NCBI GenBank assembly: GCA_041191905.1
Contig: JBEENY010000001.1
Span: 3,760-67,759 of the forward strand
Length of the DNA stretch: 64,000 nt
Direction: 5' to 3'
Source of the DNA: Actinomycetota bacterium
GTDB taxonomy: Bacteria; Actinomycetota; Actinomycetes; Actinomycetales; Microbacteriaceae
Shown: positions 52,901-61,120 of the stretch, one piece after another
How the letters are laid out: each line of letters opens with the position of its first letter
How positions within the stretch are numbered: position 1 is the stretch's first letter
The notes under the pieces: model-generated
The model's database searches: none
What the model was told of the DNA's origin: nothing
Seen by the model: only the letters and a program-made list of their open reading frames with translations
Made by a program: the position numbers and the translations under genes

Positions 52901-53350
52901 GGTGCTCGCCTTGGCAATTAGCTCTTCGGGGTCGCTGGAGGACTCGGTTGAAGCAAGCACGGGAACCCCGGCCCTGATAGCAGCGGCTTTTGCATTTACC
53001 TTGTCGCCAGCGAGCTCCAGCACCTCTGGGGTCGGTCCGACAAAAGCGATCCCGTTTTCCTTGGCAGCTCTGGCAAGGTCTGGGTTTTCAGATAGAAAGC
53101 CATAACCTGGGTAAATTGCATCCGCACCGGATAGCTTGGCAACTCGTATCATCTCGTCAACCGAGAGATAAGCACGCACTGGGGAGCCGTCACCCGAAAT
53201 CTCATAGGCCTCATCAGCCTTTAGGCGGTGAACGGAGTTGCGGTCCTCATATGGGTAAACGGCAACAGTTTGAGCGCCTGTTTCATAAGCAGCTCGGAAC
53301 GCGCGGACGGCTATCTCACCACGATTGGCGACCAGGATTTTTTTAAACAT
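49949..53350 (-). CDS. pyc: Pyruvate carboxylase
   Basis: Biotin carboxylase (ANRGEIA), CT domain (RDAHQSL, HLHTH), biotinyl EAMKME. Confidence 0.98.
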   Translation of the reverse strand: MFKKILVANRGEIAVRAFRAAYETGAQTVAVYPYEDRNSVHRLKADEAYEISGDGSPVRAYLSVDEMIRVAKLSGADAIYPGYGFLSENPDLARAAKENGIAFVGPTPEVLELAGDKVNAKAAAIRAGVPVLASTESSSDPEELIAKASTIGFPLFVKAVAGGGGRGMRKVELEAELPGALEAAMREAGSAFGDPRVFLEQAVLRPRHIEVQILADTHGNVIHLHERDCSIQRRNQKVVEIAPAPLLDEELRQKLFRDAVAFAKEIGYQNAGTVEFLIDTIGPNAGKHVFIEMNPRIQVEHTVTEEVTDVDLVQSQLKIAAGATLAELGLSQEGIKPHGFALQCRITTEDPAAGFRPDTGMITTYRSPGGAGIRLDGGTVTTGAEVSPHFDSMLVKLITRGRDFESAVSRARRALAEFRIRGVATNINFLQAVLADETFASGNLSTHFIDERPELMTGKTSQDRGTKVLQWLAEVTVNKPYGERSGKSGPELKLPKLDLSIPAPAGSKQLLEQLGPEGFAQELRRRSTVAVTDTTFRDAHQSLLATRVRGRDLVAAAPYVARLTPQLLSVEAWGGATYDVALRFLGEDPWDRLAQLRAALPNVCIQMLLRGRNTVGYTPYPEEVTRAFVKQAAATGVDIFRIFDALNDVEQMEPAIRAVRELTKSVAEVGISYTGNLIDPNETLYTLDYYLKLADRMVAAGAHILAIKDMAGLLRPRAASILVKALRERFDLPVHLHTHDTAGGQLATLLAAIEAGVDAVDVASAPMAGTTSQPSASALVAALSNTEHDTGIPLEAVTSLEPYWEAVRKVYAPFESGLPGPTGRVYTHEIPGGQLSNLRQQAISLGLGEKFELVEQMYAEANRILGRPPKVTPSSKVVGDLALHLVAVGADPLDFEQNPQNYDIPDSVVGFMAGELGDLPGGWPEPFRSKVLAGRNPDLSLKPVSDEDLRNLLSDDAGLVRKTLNRLLFPAPTKEFERVRNLYGNLDNVDTIDYLYGLDPDEEHVVELSKGLQLFVSLEAISEPDSKGFRTVMAKLNGQLRPITVRDHSIQVASAAAEKADPSKPGHAAAPFTGVVTPKVAIGDLVTIGQPIATIEAMKMEANIQSAVAGRVVRLGVSGPTPVEGGDLIAVIE

Positions 53351-53415
53351 TGGGACCTCACTGAAACTACGGCTCAGATAACGCCACGCTGCGTATAAAA
53401 AGGTAGCCTAATGCA

Positions 53416-54321
53416 GTGCATGTTCTCAGCGTGAGCTCTCTAAAAGGTGGAGTGGGTAAAACCACGGTCGCCCTCGGCCTTGCCTCTGCGGCCCTGAACA
53501 AGGGCTTGAACACACTCATCATCGATCTTGACCCGCAGTGCGATGCAACAAGTGGCCTAGCGGCAGTAAATGAATTCGGTGCATCTGTTGCCGAAGTACT
53601 GCAAAGCCCAAAGCTTCCCGCAATCAGAAGAGCGATTGTTAGCTCATCCTGGCAGCGCGGTTCCAAGATGGATGTCATGGTGGGCTCGCCTCGATCCTTG
53701 CTTTTGGACAACCCAGCTCCAACGGTCGCAGATGTCTGGAAACTCGAAGAAGTGTTGACCCAGATCGAGGAGGACTACGACCTAGTCATCATCGACACCC
53801 CACCTTCGATCAATGCCCTGACTAGGACCGCTTGGGTTGCTTCCGACCGTGTGATCATCGTCACCGAGCCATCGCTTTACTCAGTAATCGCCGCAGACAG
53901 AGCGAGAAAAGCAATTGCCGAGATCAGTGCGAAGCTAACCCCAAGACTTGAGCTTCTGGGTGTTGTCGTGAACCGCCTGAGGCCTCAATCGAACGAGCAC
54001 GACTATCGATTGAAAGAGTTGAAGGAGATGTTTGGCAACCAACTCCTGATGCCCTACTTCGAAGAGCGCGCAGCGATTCAACAATCAACCGGAGCCGCCA
54101 GACCAATTCACTCGTGGCCTGCTGAGGGAGCGGCTGAAGTTGCTAAAGGCTTTGACTGGTTGCTTGCGGGAGCACTTTCGGCGATGGAAAGAATTTCTCT
54201 GAACCCAGATCGCGCCAGCTCTGGCCGCGCAACCCGCGGCATGGGCAATCCCATCACTGAGCTAATGAGTGAGAATCAGTCTCGCAAGGAGACCAAAAAG
54301 CGTCGCTGGTTTGGACGCTAA
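53416..54321 (+). CDS. ParA/MinD-family ATPase with basic-aromatic C-terminal tail
   Basis: Deviant Walker A LKGGVGKTT, DLDPQ, IDTPP; ends KKRRWFGR. Confidence 0.88.
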   Translation: MHVLSVSSLKGGVGKTTVALGLASAALNKGLNTLIIDLDPQCDATSGLAAVNEFGASVAEVLQSPKLPAIRRAIVSSSWQRGSKMDVMVGSPRSLLLDNPAPTVADVWKLEEVLTQIEEDYDLVIIDTPPSINALTRTAWVASDRVIIVTEPSLYSVIAADRARKAIAEISAKLTPRLELLGVVVNRLRPQSNEHDYRLKELKEMFGNQLLMPYFEERAAIQQSTGAARPIHSWPAEGAAEVAKGFDWLLAGALSAMERISLNPDRASSGRATRGMGNPITELMSENQSRKETKKRRWFGR

Positions 54322-54830
54322 GAGATTTTTCTAGCTCTACGAGCAGCTAGTTCATCCTGAACCGCGGCCTCTTCGGCGGCGAAGTCAACAAGCGTTGCCT
54401 CAACCTCTCGAAGCACGCGGCCAACCGCAATTCCGAATACACCCTGTCCCTGACCGAGAAGGTCGATTACCTCATCCTGGGAGGTGCAGAGGTAGACCCT
54501 GGCTCCATCACTCATGAGCGTGGTGTTGGTGAGATCCAAGATTCCGGAAGCGCGAAGCTGCTCCACGGCAAGTCGAATTTGTTGCAGCGAGACACCGGTG
54601 TCCAAAAGTCGCTTCACAAGCTTTAGAACCAGGATGTCTCGGAAAGAGTAAAGACGCTGCGAACCAGAACCAGTTGCGGTCTGAATGCTTGGGGTCACCA
54701 GTCCGGTGCGGTCCCAGTAGTCGAGCTGACGGTAGGAGATTCCGGCGGCAGCGGCAGCAGAAGCTCCTCTGTAACCGAGGTCCTGCGAGGGCAAACCATC
54801 GGTAAAGAGCATGCCGGATTCGTAGTCCAC
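54318..54830 (-). CDS. MerR-family regulator (Rv1830-like)
   Basis: GISYRQLDYW.RT..V.PS...GSGSQRLYSFRD, GQGVFGIA. Confidence 0.92.
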   Translation of the reverse strand: MDYESGMLFTDGLPSQDLGYRGASAAAAAGISYRQLDYWDRTGLVTPSIQTATGSGSQRLYSFRDILVLKLVKRLLDTGVSLQQIRLAVEQLRASGILDLTNTTLMSDGARVYLCTSQDEVIDLLGQGQGVFGIAVGRVLREVEATLVDFAAEEAAVQDELAARRARKIS

Positions 54831-54861
54831 GCGTATCTCCTTAGTAACGATTCGTTAAGTC

Positions 54862-54886
54862 TGCCTTCAAGTTGTACTTTAGGGTT
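54862..54886. promoter_or_regulatory. Second FtsR-type operator upstream of the Rv1830-like gene
   Basis: Minus strand AACCCTAAAGTACAACTTGAAGGCA, similar to the ftsZ element. Confidence 0.6.
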
Positions 54887-54899
54887 ACTCCACAGCCTC

Positions 54900-54908
54900 G
54901 GCGTGTCG
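54900..54908 (-). promoter_or_regulatory. CGACACGCC box (WhiA-like GACAC core)
   Basis: Same 9-mer as upstream of ftsZ. Confidence 0.5.
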
Positions 54909-54912
54909 AAAT

Positions 54913-55590
54913 CTAACCTTCGATTGAATCTATTGACTGCTGGATCAGATGTCCACGAATTGCACCGAATCGCTCTGCGATTTCGGAGGCGATGTGCGCG
55001 GCTCGAGCTGCCGACTCTGGGGCTTTCTTTCTGAGAACCGGTTCGGTCACCCCAGAAATGATCGCTACCTCGCGCTCTGCTGCTGATTTGAGCCCCCTGA
55101 GGTGCCTCGGTTGAATGCCAAATTGCTCCAACCCAACAAGTGCAAATGCAATCTCAACCTCGTGAGATGAGTGCGGCTGTGGTCCGAATAACCCAAGCTC
55201 TGCAGCCTCACGGAAGGCAAGGTCAGAAATACCCGTCTCGGCCTTTAGTTGTGCTGTGGAGAATCTTTGTCCTCGTCGAAGAGTTGCTGGTGATGCGGTC
55301 GGAAGAATTGGAGTTCTTCCAGCATCGAGCTCTGCTAGATAATCCTTGATTACCTTTAGCGGTAGGTACTGGTCGCGCTGCAGGGTCAGGATGATGCTGA
55401 GGCGCTCGATCTGATTTTCGGAGTACTTGCGATATCCAGCATCGGTTCGTTCCGGGGTGAGTAAACCCTGGTCCTCAAGAAATCGCAGCTTGGATGGCGT
55501 CAGGTCACCAAACTGCGGCTTGAGAACGGTGAGAACCTGGCCGATGGTGTAAAGCTTGTGGTCGGAAAGCTTTCTTACCGCGTTTTCCAT
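54913..55590 (-). CDS. ftsR: MerR-family regulator FtsR (Rv1828-like)
   Basis: TIGQVL..L...F.DLTPSKLRFLE, RT.AGYRKY, QRDQYLPLKVIK, PRHLR; directly downstream of garA/odhI. Confidence 0.85.
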   Translation of the reverse strand: MENAVRKLSDHKLYTIGQVLTVLKPQFGDLTPSKLRFLEDQGLLTPERTDAGYRKYSENQIERLSIILTLQRDQYLPLKVIKDYLAELDAGRTPILPTASPATLRRGQRFSTAQLKAETGISDLAFREAAELGLFGPQPHSSHEVEIAFALVGLEQFGIQPRHLRGLKSAAEREVAIISGVTEPVLRKKAPESAARAAHIASEIAERFGAIRGHLIQQSIDSIEG

Positions 55591-55994
55591 TACCTCTTAC
55601 CTCCCATATAGAAGGTCAGGCGGAACTTGCCAATTCGAAGTTCGTCTCCATCGCTTAGCTTGGCGCTGTCAACAATCTCACCGTTGAGGTAGGTGCCGTT
55701 CATGGACCCTAGGTCCTTTAGCTCAAAGCCTGCCGCGCTGCGAATAATCTCCACGTGACGGCGAGATACGGTCACATCGTCAAGGAAAATGTCCGCATTT
55801 GGGTGTCTCCCCGCAAGGTTGACATCCTCATCAAGCAGGAATCTTGAACCCAGAGCTTGGCCTTGTTTTGCAATCAGCAAAGCTGAGCCTGCAGGTAATG
55901 CAGCTACGGCCTTGGCTTCTTCTGGGGTGAGTGAATCTGATTCGCCGGAGACCAGTTCGGATGAAAACCTTGCGGTTTCATCTGCGTTGAACAT
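55590..55994 (-). CDS. garA: FHA-domain protein GarA/OdhI
   Basis: LPAGSALL, GSRFLLD, GRHPNADIFLDDVTVSRRH, GSMNGTY. Confidence 0.9.
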   Translation of the reverse strand: MFNADETARFSSELVSGESDSLTPEEAKAVAALPAGSALLIAKQGQALGSRFLLDEDVNLAGRHPNADIFLDDVTVSRRHVEIIRSAAGFELKDLGSMNGTYLNGEIVDSAKLSDGDELRIGKFRLTFYMGGKR

Positions 55995-56038
55995 TTCGGT
56001 CTCCCCTCGTTAGTCACAATGCTAGGGGATGTCAGAAC

Positions 56039-56596
56039 CTACTTTGACAACAATTTCTTAACTTGCTTGACGTAGATGAAACCTGCAATCCAGTACATGG
56101 CAATACCCCAGTATGCGAAAGCCCAGGCAAGCGGTAAGACCACAAAGTTTGCCTGCGGCCAGATGTCTGCCATGAGCAATAAAGGCAGGGCATACAACAG
56201 CGCAAAGGTTCCCGCCTTACCCAAAAAGTGAACCGGCAGTGGACCATAGCCGTGGCTTGCAAGCATTGGGTATACCAAAAGCAGCATGACATCTCGTGCG
56301 ATGATCACCACTGCCAGCCATAGCGGAATATTGCCGTTGATGGTCAAGCCGATCAATGTCGCAAAAATGTATAGTCGGTCGGCAGCCGGGTCCAATACCT
56401 TGCCTAGCTCAGTGATCTGGTTGAACTTACGGGCAATGACGCCATCGAGCCAGTCTGAAGCTCCCGCTGCGGCAAGCACCGCAAGAGCCCAGACCAAGTG
56501 GTCGGCCAGCAGCAGCCAAAGAAAAACCGGGACTAGAACAAGCCGAAGCAGGCTTAGCAGGTTCGGTACGCTGCGCAGCTCTTGGCTCAGACTCAT
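56039..56596 (-). CDS. CDP-alcohol phosphatidyltransferase (PgsA2-like)
   Basis: PNLLSLLR, DWLDGVIAR..G..LDPAAD. Confidence 0.92.
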   Translation of the reverse strand: MSLSQELRSVPNLLSLLRLVLVPVFLWLLLADHLVWALAVLAAAGASDWLDGVIARKFNQITELGKVLDPAADRLYIFATLIGLTINGNIPLWLAVVIIARDVMLLLVYPMLASHGYGPLPVHFLGKAGTFALLYALPLLLMADIWPQANFVVLPLAWAFAYWGIAMYWIAGFIYVKQVKKLLSK

Positions 56597-56621
56597 ACCG
56601 AGATTCTAATTTCGCATCACG

Positions 56622-57458
56622 CTAAATCAGGTTGGCTCGCTTGAGCACTTCAGTCACTCTTTCATGCTCGTTGAAGGCATAGAGGTGAATGCCGGGCGCT
56701 CCGCCCGCTACGAGCTCTCTCGCGAGATTGGCAGCCCAGTTAATCCCTACCTCAATTCTTGCGTCGCCACCCTTAGCCTCAGTGAGCGCTGCCGTGAAGT
56801 CTTCTGGCCTTCGCTCCTGAGTGAGCTCCAGAACCCGCTCGAGGCGCTTCAACGAGGTGAGCGGCATGATTCCCGGAAGGATCGGGATGGTCACTCCACG
56901 GTCCCTCGCTAACTCAACGAAATCAAAATAGTCACTGGCGCAGAAAAACAGTTGAGTGATAGCGAAATCGGCACCAGCTTCTTGCTTTGCCAGCAAAGCT
57001 GAGATATCCGACCGATCCTCTCCTGATTCAGGGTGCCCGTTCGGGAATGCCGCAACGGCAATTTGTCCCACTGCAGTCTCTCTAGATTTCAAAAGCTCAA
57101 CGAGGTCTGCCGCCGTTGCGAGTGCGTCTGCAGGTAGTTCGCTCACACCTGCGGGCAGGTCTCCTCGAAGCGCGAGATAGTCCTTCACCCCAGCTGCCTC
57201 AAACTCTGAAATCAGTTTTTGAATCGTGCTTCGACTTGTTCCCGCACAGGTCAAATGCGCAAGTGCTGAAACGTCTCTCTCCAGGATGTAGCTCAGCACC
57301 TCGATTGAGTTCTTTGTGTCGGAGCCACCAGCACCAAAAGTCACCGAGATAAACCTCGGACCAAGCTCGCTTAAACGATCAATGGCTTCGAAAAGCGCCG
57401 GAGCAGCTTCAACTGAACGAGGTGGATATACCTCAAATGAAAATGGAACCGTAGCCAA
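56622..57458 (-). CDS. metF: Methylenetetrahydrofolate reductase
   Basis: SFEVYPPR, SVTFGAGG, AHLTC, LALRGD, AITQLFF, PGIMP; TTG start after SD AAAGGAAA. Confidence 0.93.
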   Translation of the reverse strand: MATVPFSFEVYPPRSVEAAPALFEAIDRLSELGPRFISVTFGAGGSDTKNSIEVLSYILERDVSALAHLTCAGTSRSTIQKLISEFEAAGVKDYLALRGDLPAGVSELPADALATAADLVELLKSRETAVGQIAVAAFPNGHPESGEDRSDISALLAKQEAGADFAITQLFFCASDYFDFVELARDRGVTIPILPGIMPLTSLKRLERVLELTQERRPEDFTAALTEAKGGDARIEVGINWAANLARELVAGGAPGIHLYAFNEHERVTEVLKRANLI

Positions 57459-57503
57459 AGCTTTCCTTTCAGAACGCGCCTCGGGGCTCCGATAGCAGAT
57501 CTG

Positions 57504-57577
57504 TCGGGCTGGCCGGATTTGAACCGACGACCCCTTGTCCCCCAGACAAGTGCGCTACCAAGCTGCGCTACAGCCCG
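57504..57577 (-). tRNA. tRNA-Pro(GGG)
   Basis: CGGGCTGTAGCGCAGCTTGGTAGCGCACTTGTCT-GGG-GGACAAGGGGTCGTCGGTTCAAATCCGGCCAGCCCGA cloverleaf; CCA not encoded. Confidence 0.96.
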
Positions 57578-57628
57578 TCATCCTTAGATAACCGTAGAAG
57601 TCTATTGGACTTCCAAATGCGGCGTAAC

Positions 57629-59089
57629 CTAGCGGCGCTTGCGCTTCTCACGCACCCTGACACCGACTTCGAGCGGTGAACCCTCGAAACCAAAGTCCTC
57701 GCGTAGGCGACGGATGATGTAGCGGCGGTATCCGGCTTCCAAGAAGCCCGTGGTGAACAGCACAAACTTAGGTGGCCTAGAAGCGGCCTGTGTGCCGAAG
57801 AGGATTCTAGGTTGCTTACCGCCACGGATTGGGTGTGGGTTTGCCGCCTGAAGCTCCTGCAAGAATGCGTTCAGCTTGCCAGTAGGGATTCGCTTATCCC
57901 AACTCTCGAGAGCCAGTTCAAGTGCTGGGACTAGCTTCTCCAGGTGCCTTCCGGTTGACGCCGAAATGTTTACGCGAGGCGCCCAGTCAACGTGAGCAAG
58001 GTCGCGCTCAATCTCTTTCTCAAGATAGATTCGGCGATCTTCATCCAGTAGGTCCCACTTATTGAATGCGAGCACCACTGCGCGACCGGAATCCAAAGCT
58101 AACTGGACAATCCTGACGTCGGCCTCACTGATTGGTTCAGTCACATCAAATAGCACAACAGCGACCTCAGCGCGCTCCAACGCCGCTGCAGTTCTAAGCG
58201 AGGCATAGAAATCAACACCCTGCTGGCGATGCAGCCGGCGACGAATTCCCGCGGTGTCGACAAATCTCCAAATCTTTCCGGCGATTTCGACCTGCTCATC
58301 GATCGGGTCTCTTGTGGTGCCTGCAAGATCGTTGACCACGGCACGATTCGTCCCGGTCGCCTTGTTTAGCAGTGAGGATTTACCGACATTCGGTCTACCA
58401 ATTAGGGCCACCTTGCGAGGTCCCCGATATTCGTCCTGCGCCACATTGCTCTTCTGTGGCAAAACTTTCATGACGGCATCCAGCAGGTCCGCAACTCCCC
58501 TGCCGTGAAGTGCAGAAACCGGGTGTGGTTCACCCAAACCAAGCGACCAAAGAGCCGCTGCCTCGGCATCTAGATGTGCGTCGTCGATCTTGTTGGCGAC
58601 CAAAAAAACCGGTCTGCCGGTTCCGCGCAACATCTTCACTACACGCTCATCAGATGCGGTAGCGCCAACCAGTGCGTCCACAACAAAAAGCACCGCGTCG
58701 GATAACTCAACCGCAATCTCTGCCTGCTCCGCAACGGAGGCGTCAATTCCGGTTGCGTCATGCTCCCAACCACCGGTGTCCACCAGGGTTAGCGGTCTAC
58801 CGTTCCACTCAGCCTTGTAGGTAACGCGGTCACGCGTGATGCCGGGCTTGTCCTCCACAACTGCTTCGCGTCGACCCAAGATGCGGTTGACCAGTGCTGA
58901 TTTTCCAACGTTTGGTCTTCCAACAATCGCAAGCACCGGAGGTGCAGGCTGGTAGTCCGACTGCTCCTCTGAGTCAAATTCAAGACCGAGAAGAGCCAGA
59001 TCCTCTTCATCCAGGTCGTAGTCTTCGAGCTCGGCCTTCAGCACCTCGGCCTTTGCTAGTTCCAGCTCAGGCTCAAACTCTTCGCTCAA
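57629..59089 (-). CDS. der: Ribosome biogenesis GTPase Der
   Basis: Two G domains (GRPNVGKS twice), DTGG/DTAG, NKID/NKWD; acidic N-terminal extension. Confidence 0.97.
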   Translation of the reverse strand: MSEEFEPELELAKAEVLKAELEDYDLDEEDLALLGLEFDSEEQSDYQPAPPVLAIVGRPNVGKSALVNRILGRREAVVEDKPGITRDRVTYKAEWNGRPLTLVDTGGWEHDATGIDASVAEQAEIAVELSDAVLFVVDALVGATASDERVVKMLRGTGRPVFLVANKIDDAHLDAEAAALWSLGLGEPHPVSALHGRGVADLLDAVMKVLPQKSNVAQDEYRGPRKVALIGRPNVGKSSLLNKATGTNRAVVNDLAGTTRDPIDEQVEIAGKIWRFVDTAGIRRRLHRQQGVDFYASLRTAAALERAEVAVVLFDVTEPISEADVRIVQLALDSGRAVVLAFNKWDLLDEDRRIYLEKEIERDLAHVDWAPRVNISASTGRHLEKLVPALELALESWDKRIPTGKLNAFLQELQAANPHPIRGGKQPRILFGTQAASRPPKFVLFTTGFLEAGYRRYIIRRLREDFGFEGSPLEVGVRVREKRKRR

Positions 59090-59703
59090 TTTCTAATCCT
59101 TGCAATTTCGGCCAAAACGGCCTGAACACTTTGTTCAAAATCCAAATCGGATGTGTCAATCACTGTGACGCCATCGGCGGCGTCCATGAACCTTGCCACT
59201 TTACTGTCTTTTTGGTCTCTTGACACTAAATTCTCAGCGGACTCGGTACCTTCGAGACCACGCCGACGCAGTCTGACCTCCTCGCTTGCGGTGAGCAGGA
59301 CTCTGATCTGGGCATCGGGGGCAACGACGGTCGTAATGTCTCTGCCCTCAACAACGATTCCAGGTTGTGGGCAGCTTTGGATTCTTGCCCTCGCGTCCAA
59401 GCGCTGCAACGAGCGAACTTCAGGGAGCTGGGCATACGAACTAACCAGCGAAGCAACCCGCTCGGTTCGGATCGCGTCAGACACGTCCTGACAAGCTAGG
59501 TGAATGGAAACGGCATCAGGATCTGTGGTGATTTCGTAGGGAAAAGAATCTGAGTCTGGGTTCGAGCTCTTCCATAGCGCAAATGCTCGGTAGCCTGCTC
59601 CGGTGTCGAGGTAGCCAAACCCCAATCGTCTCGCTACCTCTTTGGAAACACTGGATTTTCCCGAACCAGCCGGACCGTCAATCGCGACGATAAAGTCAGC
59701 CAC
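59086..59703 (-). CDS. cmk: Cytidylate kinase
   Basis: [33 protein letters not shown]; GTG start coupled to tyrA stop. Confidence 0.92.
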   Translation of the reverse strand: MADFIVAIDGPAGSGKSSVSKEVARRLGFGYLDTGAGYRAFALWKSSNPDSDSFPYEITTDPDAVSIHLACQDVSDAIRTERVASLVSSYAQLPEVRSLQRLDARARIQSCPQPGIVVEGRDITTVVAPDAQIRVLLTASEEVRLRRRGLEGTESAENLVSRDQKDSKVARFMDAADGVTVIDTSDLDFEQSVQAVLAEIARIRN

Positions 59704-60758
59704 TAGACCAACCTCCAACCTTCAGTCACGAGTGCTTTGGAAAGTTTTTGAGCACTTTCTGGCAGAACCTGAAGTTCAACCAGTCCTATCGGTGCGCCTG
59801 GCGAATGTTCGAGCTTGAAGTCCTCAATGTTCACGCCAATTTCTCCGATGAAGGTAAACAACTTGGCGAGGGAGCCAGGAGAATCATCAATCATGACAGT
59901 GAGCATCTCGTAGTTTGCAAACTTGCCACCGTGCTTGCCTGGTATGCGAGCAATTCCAGAGTTTCCTTTGGCTAGCAGCGAATGCAGCTTGGCGAGGGAT
60001 CCAGCGGCCGAGATATCTCCGAGCGCTTCTTCCAAAAGTGCTAAATCCTTGCGAACTCCGGAAACCAGTGGAAGCAGGGCAGAGGCGTTTTGCGAAACGA
60101 TTTGAACCCAGAGGTCTGGATCACTGGCTGCAATTCTGGTCGTGTCACGAAGACCCTGACCGGTGAGCGCCAACTGCTGGTCGTCACCGCCATTTAGCTG
60201 GCTCGCCAGCGCAGAGGCGACTAGTTGCGGAAGGTGCGAGACGAGAGCAACAGCCTCGTCGTGCTCGGTAACGCTCATCTGCATGGGTAGCGCTCCAACC
60301 AAGATTGCAACGTTGCGAATTAGTTCAACCTGACCGGGGTCACTTAGTTCACTCGGAGTTATCACCCATGGTCTGGCGAAAAATAGGTCCGCCCTGGCAC
60401 CGGTAGGGCCGCCTTTTTCCCTTCCTGCCATCGGGTGAGAGCCGATATATCTTTGAGCGAGGCCAGCCTTTTGAACCTCACTAAAAATCTGAGCTTTGAC
60501 ACTCGCTACATCGGTGACGACAGCAGTGGGGTGCAGCTTGAGTTCAGACATAACGATGTCCGCCGTGCTGTCTGGCGGTACGCATACCACCACCAAATCT
60601 GGCTCCGGTCCTGACTCTGCCCCAGCACCGTACTCGACAGCCAGTCGGAGCGCTGATTTGGACTGATCGCTCAACCAGGCTTGAACTCCGTTTCGAGCAA
60701 GCGCAAGACCGAGACTGGTGCCGAGCAGTCCAGTTCCGACAATCTTGATGTTTGGCAT
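59703..60758 (-). CDS. tyrA: Prephenate dehydrogenase with C-terminal ACT domain
   Basis: GTGLLGTS, TDVASVK, HPMAGRE, HD..VA.VSHLP, DTTRIA, ACT (DSPGSLA). Confidence 0.93.
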   Translation of the reverse strand: MPNIKIVGTGLLGTSLGLALARNGVQAWLSDQSKSALRLAVEYGAGAESGPEPDLVVVCVPPDSTADIVMSELKLHPTAVVTDVASVKAQIFSEVQKAGLAQRYIGSHPMAGREKGGPTGARADLFFARPWVITPSELSDPGQVELIRNVAILVGALPMQMSVTEHDEAVALVSHLPQLVASALASQLNGGDDQQLALTGQGLRDTTRIAASDPDLWVQIVSQNASALLPLVSGVRKDLALLEEALGDISAAGSLAKLHSLLAKGNSGIARIPGKHGGKFANYEMLTVMIDDSPGSLAKLFTFIGEIGVNIEDFKLEHSPGAPIGLVELQVLPESAQKLSKALVTEGWRLV

Positions 60759-61120
60759 TACTGCGCCAGGTCGGTCCTGAGCTTCGCTGCTCCGCGCAGG
60801 TAAACGTGCTTGATTTCAGAGCGTGTCAGCTTGGTTTCAACGTGCATCATGAGTCGAATAACTCGAGGCATTGCCCCTACAACATCCATTTCAACGCTGC
60901 ACATTAGCGGCACATCCCCCAGTCCTAATTCACGAGCTGCCAGCGCTGGAAACTCGGAGGTGACATCGGGGGTTGCAGAGAACCAGATGGAGATTAGGTC
61001 GGCGGTGGCGAGATTGTTTTCGTGGAGAACCTTGGTGACCAACTCCGCCGTTGAGCGAAGCAGGTGTTCACGCTCGTCTGAGTCCAACTGAATGGCACCG
61101 CGTATCGCTCGAACTGCCAT
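60758..61120 (-). CDS. aroH: AroH-class chorismate mutase
   Basis: VRAIRGA, FPALAAR, VPLMC..EM.V, HVYLRGA..LR.DL. Confidence 0.93.
   Translation of the reverse strand: MAVRAIRGAIQLDSDEREHLLRSTAELVTKVLHENNLATADLISIWFSATPDVTSEFPALAARELGLGDVPLMCSVEMDVVGAMPRVIRLMMHVETKLTRSEIKHVYLRGAAKLRTDLAQ

Noticed and set aside
57459-57503. SAH or SAM riboswitch upstream of metF (CCGAGGCGCGTT resembles the SAH 5' segment)
   Set aside because: The partner CAGGCUCGG and pseudoknot segments are absent and the spacer is too short
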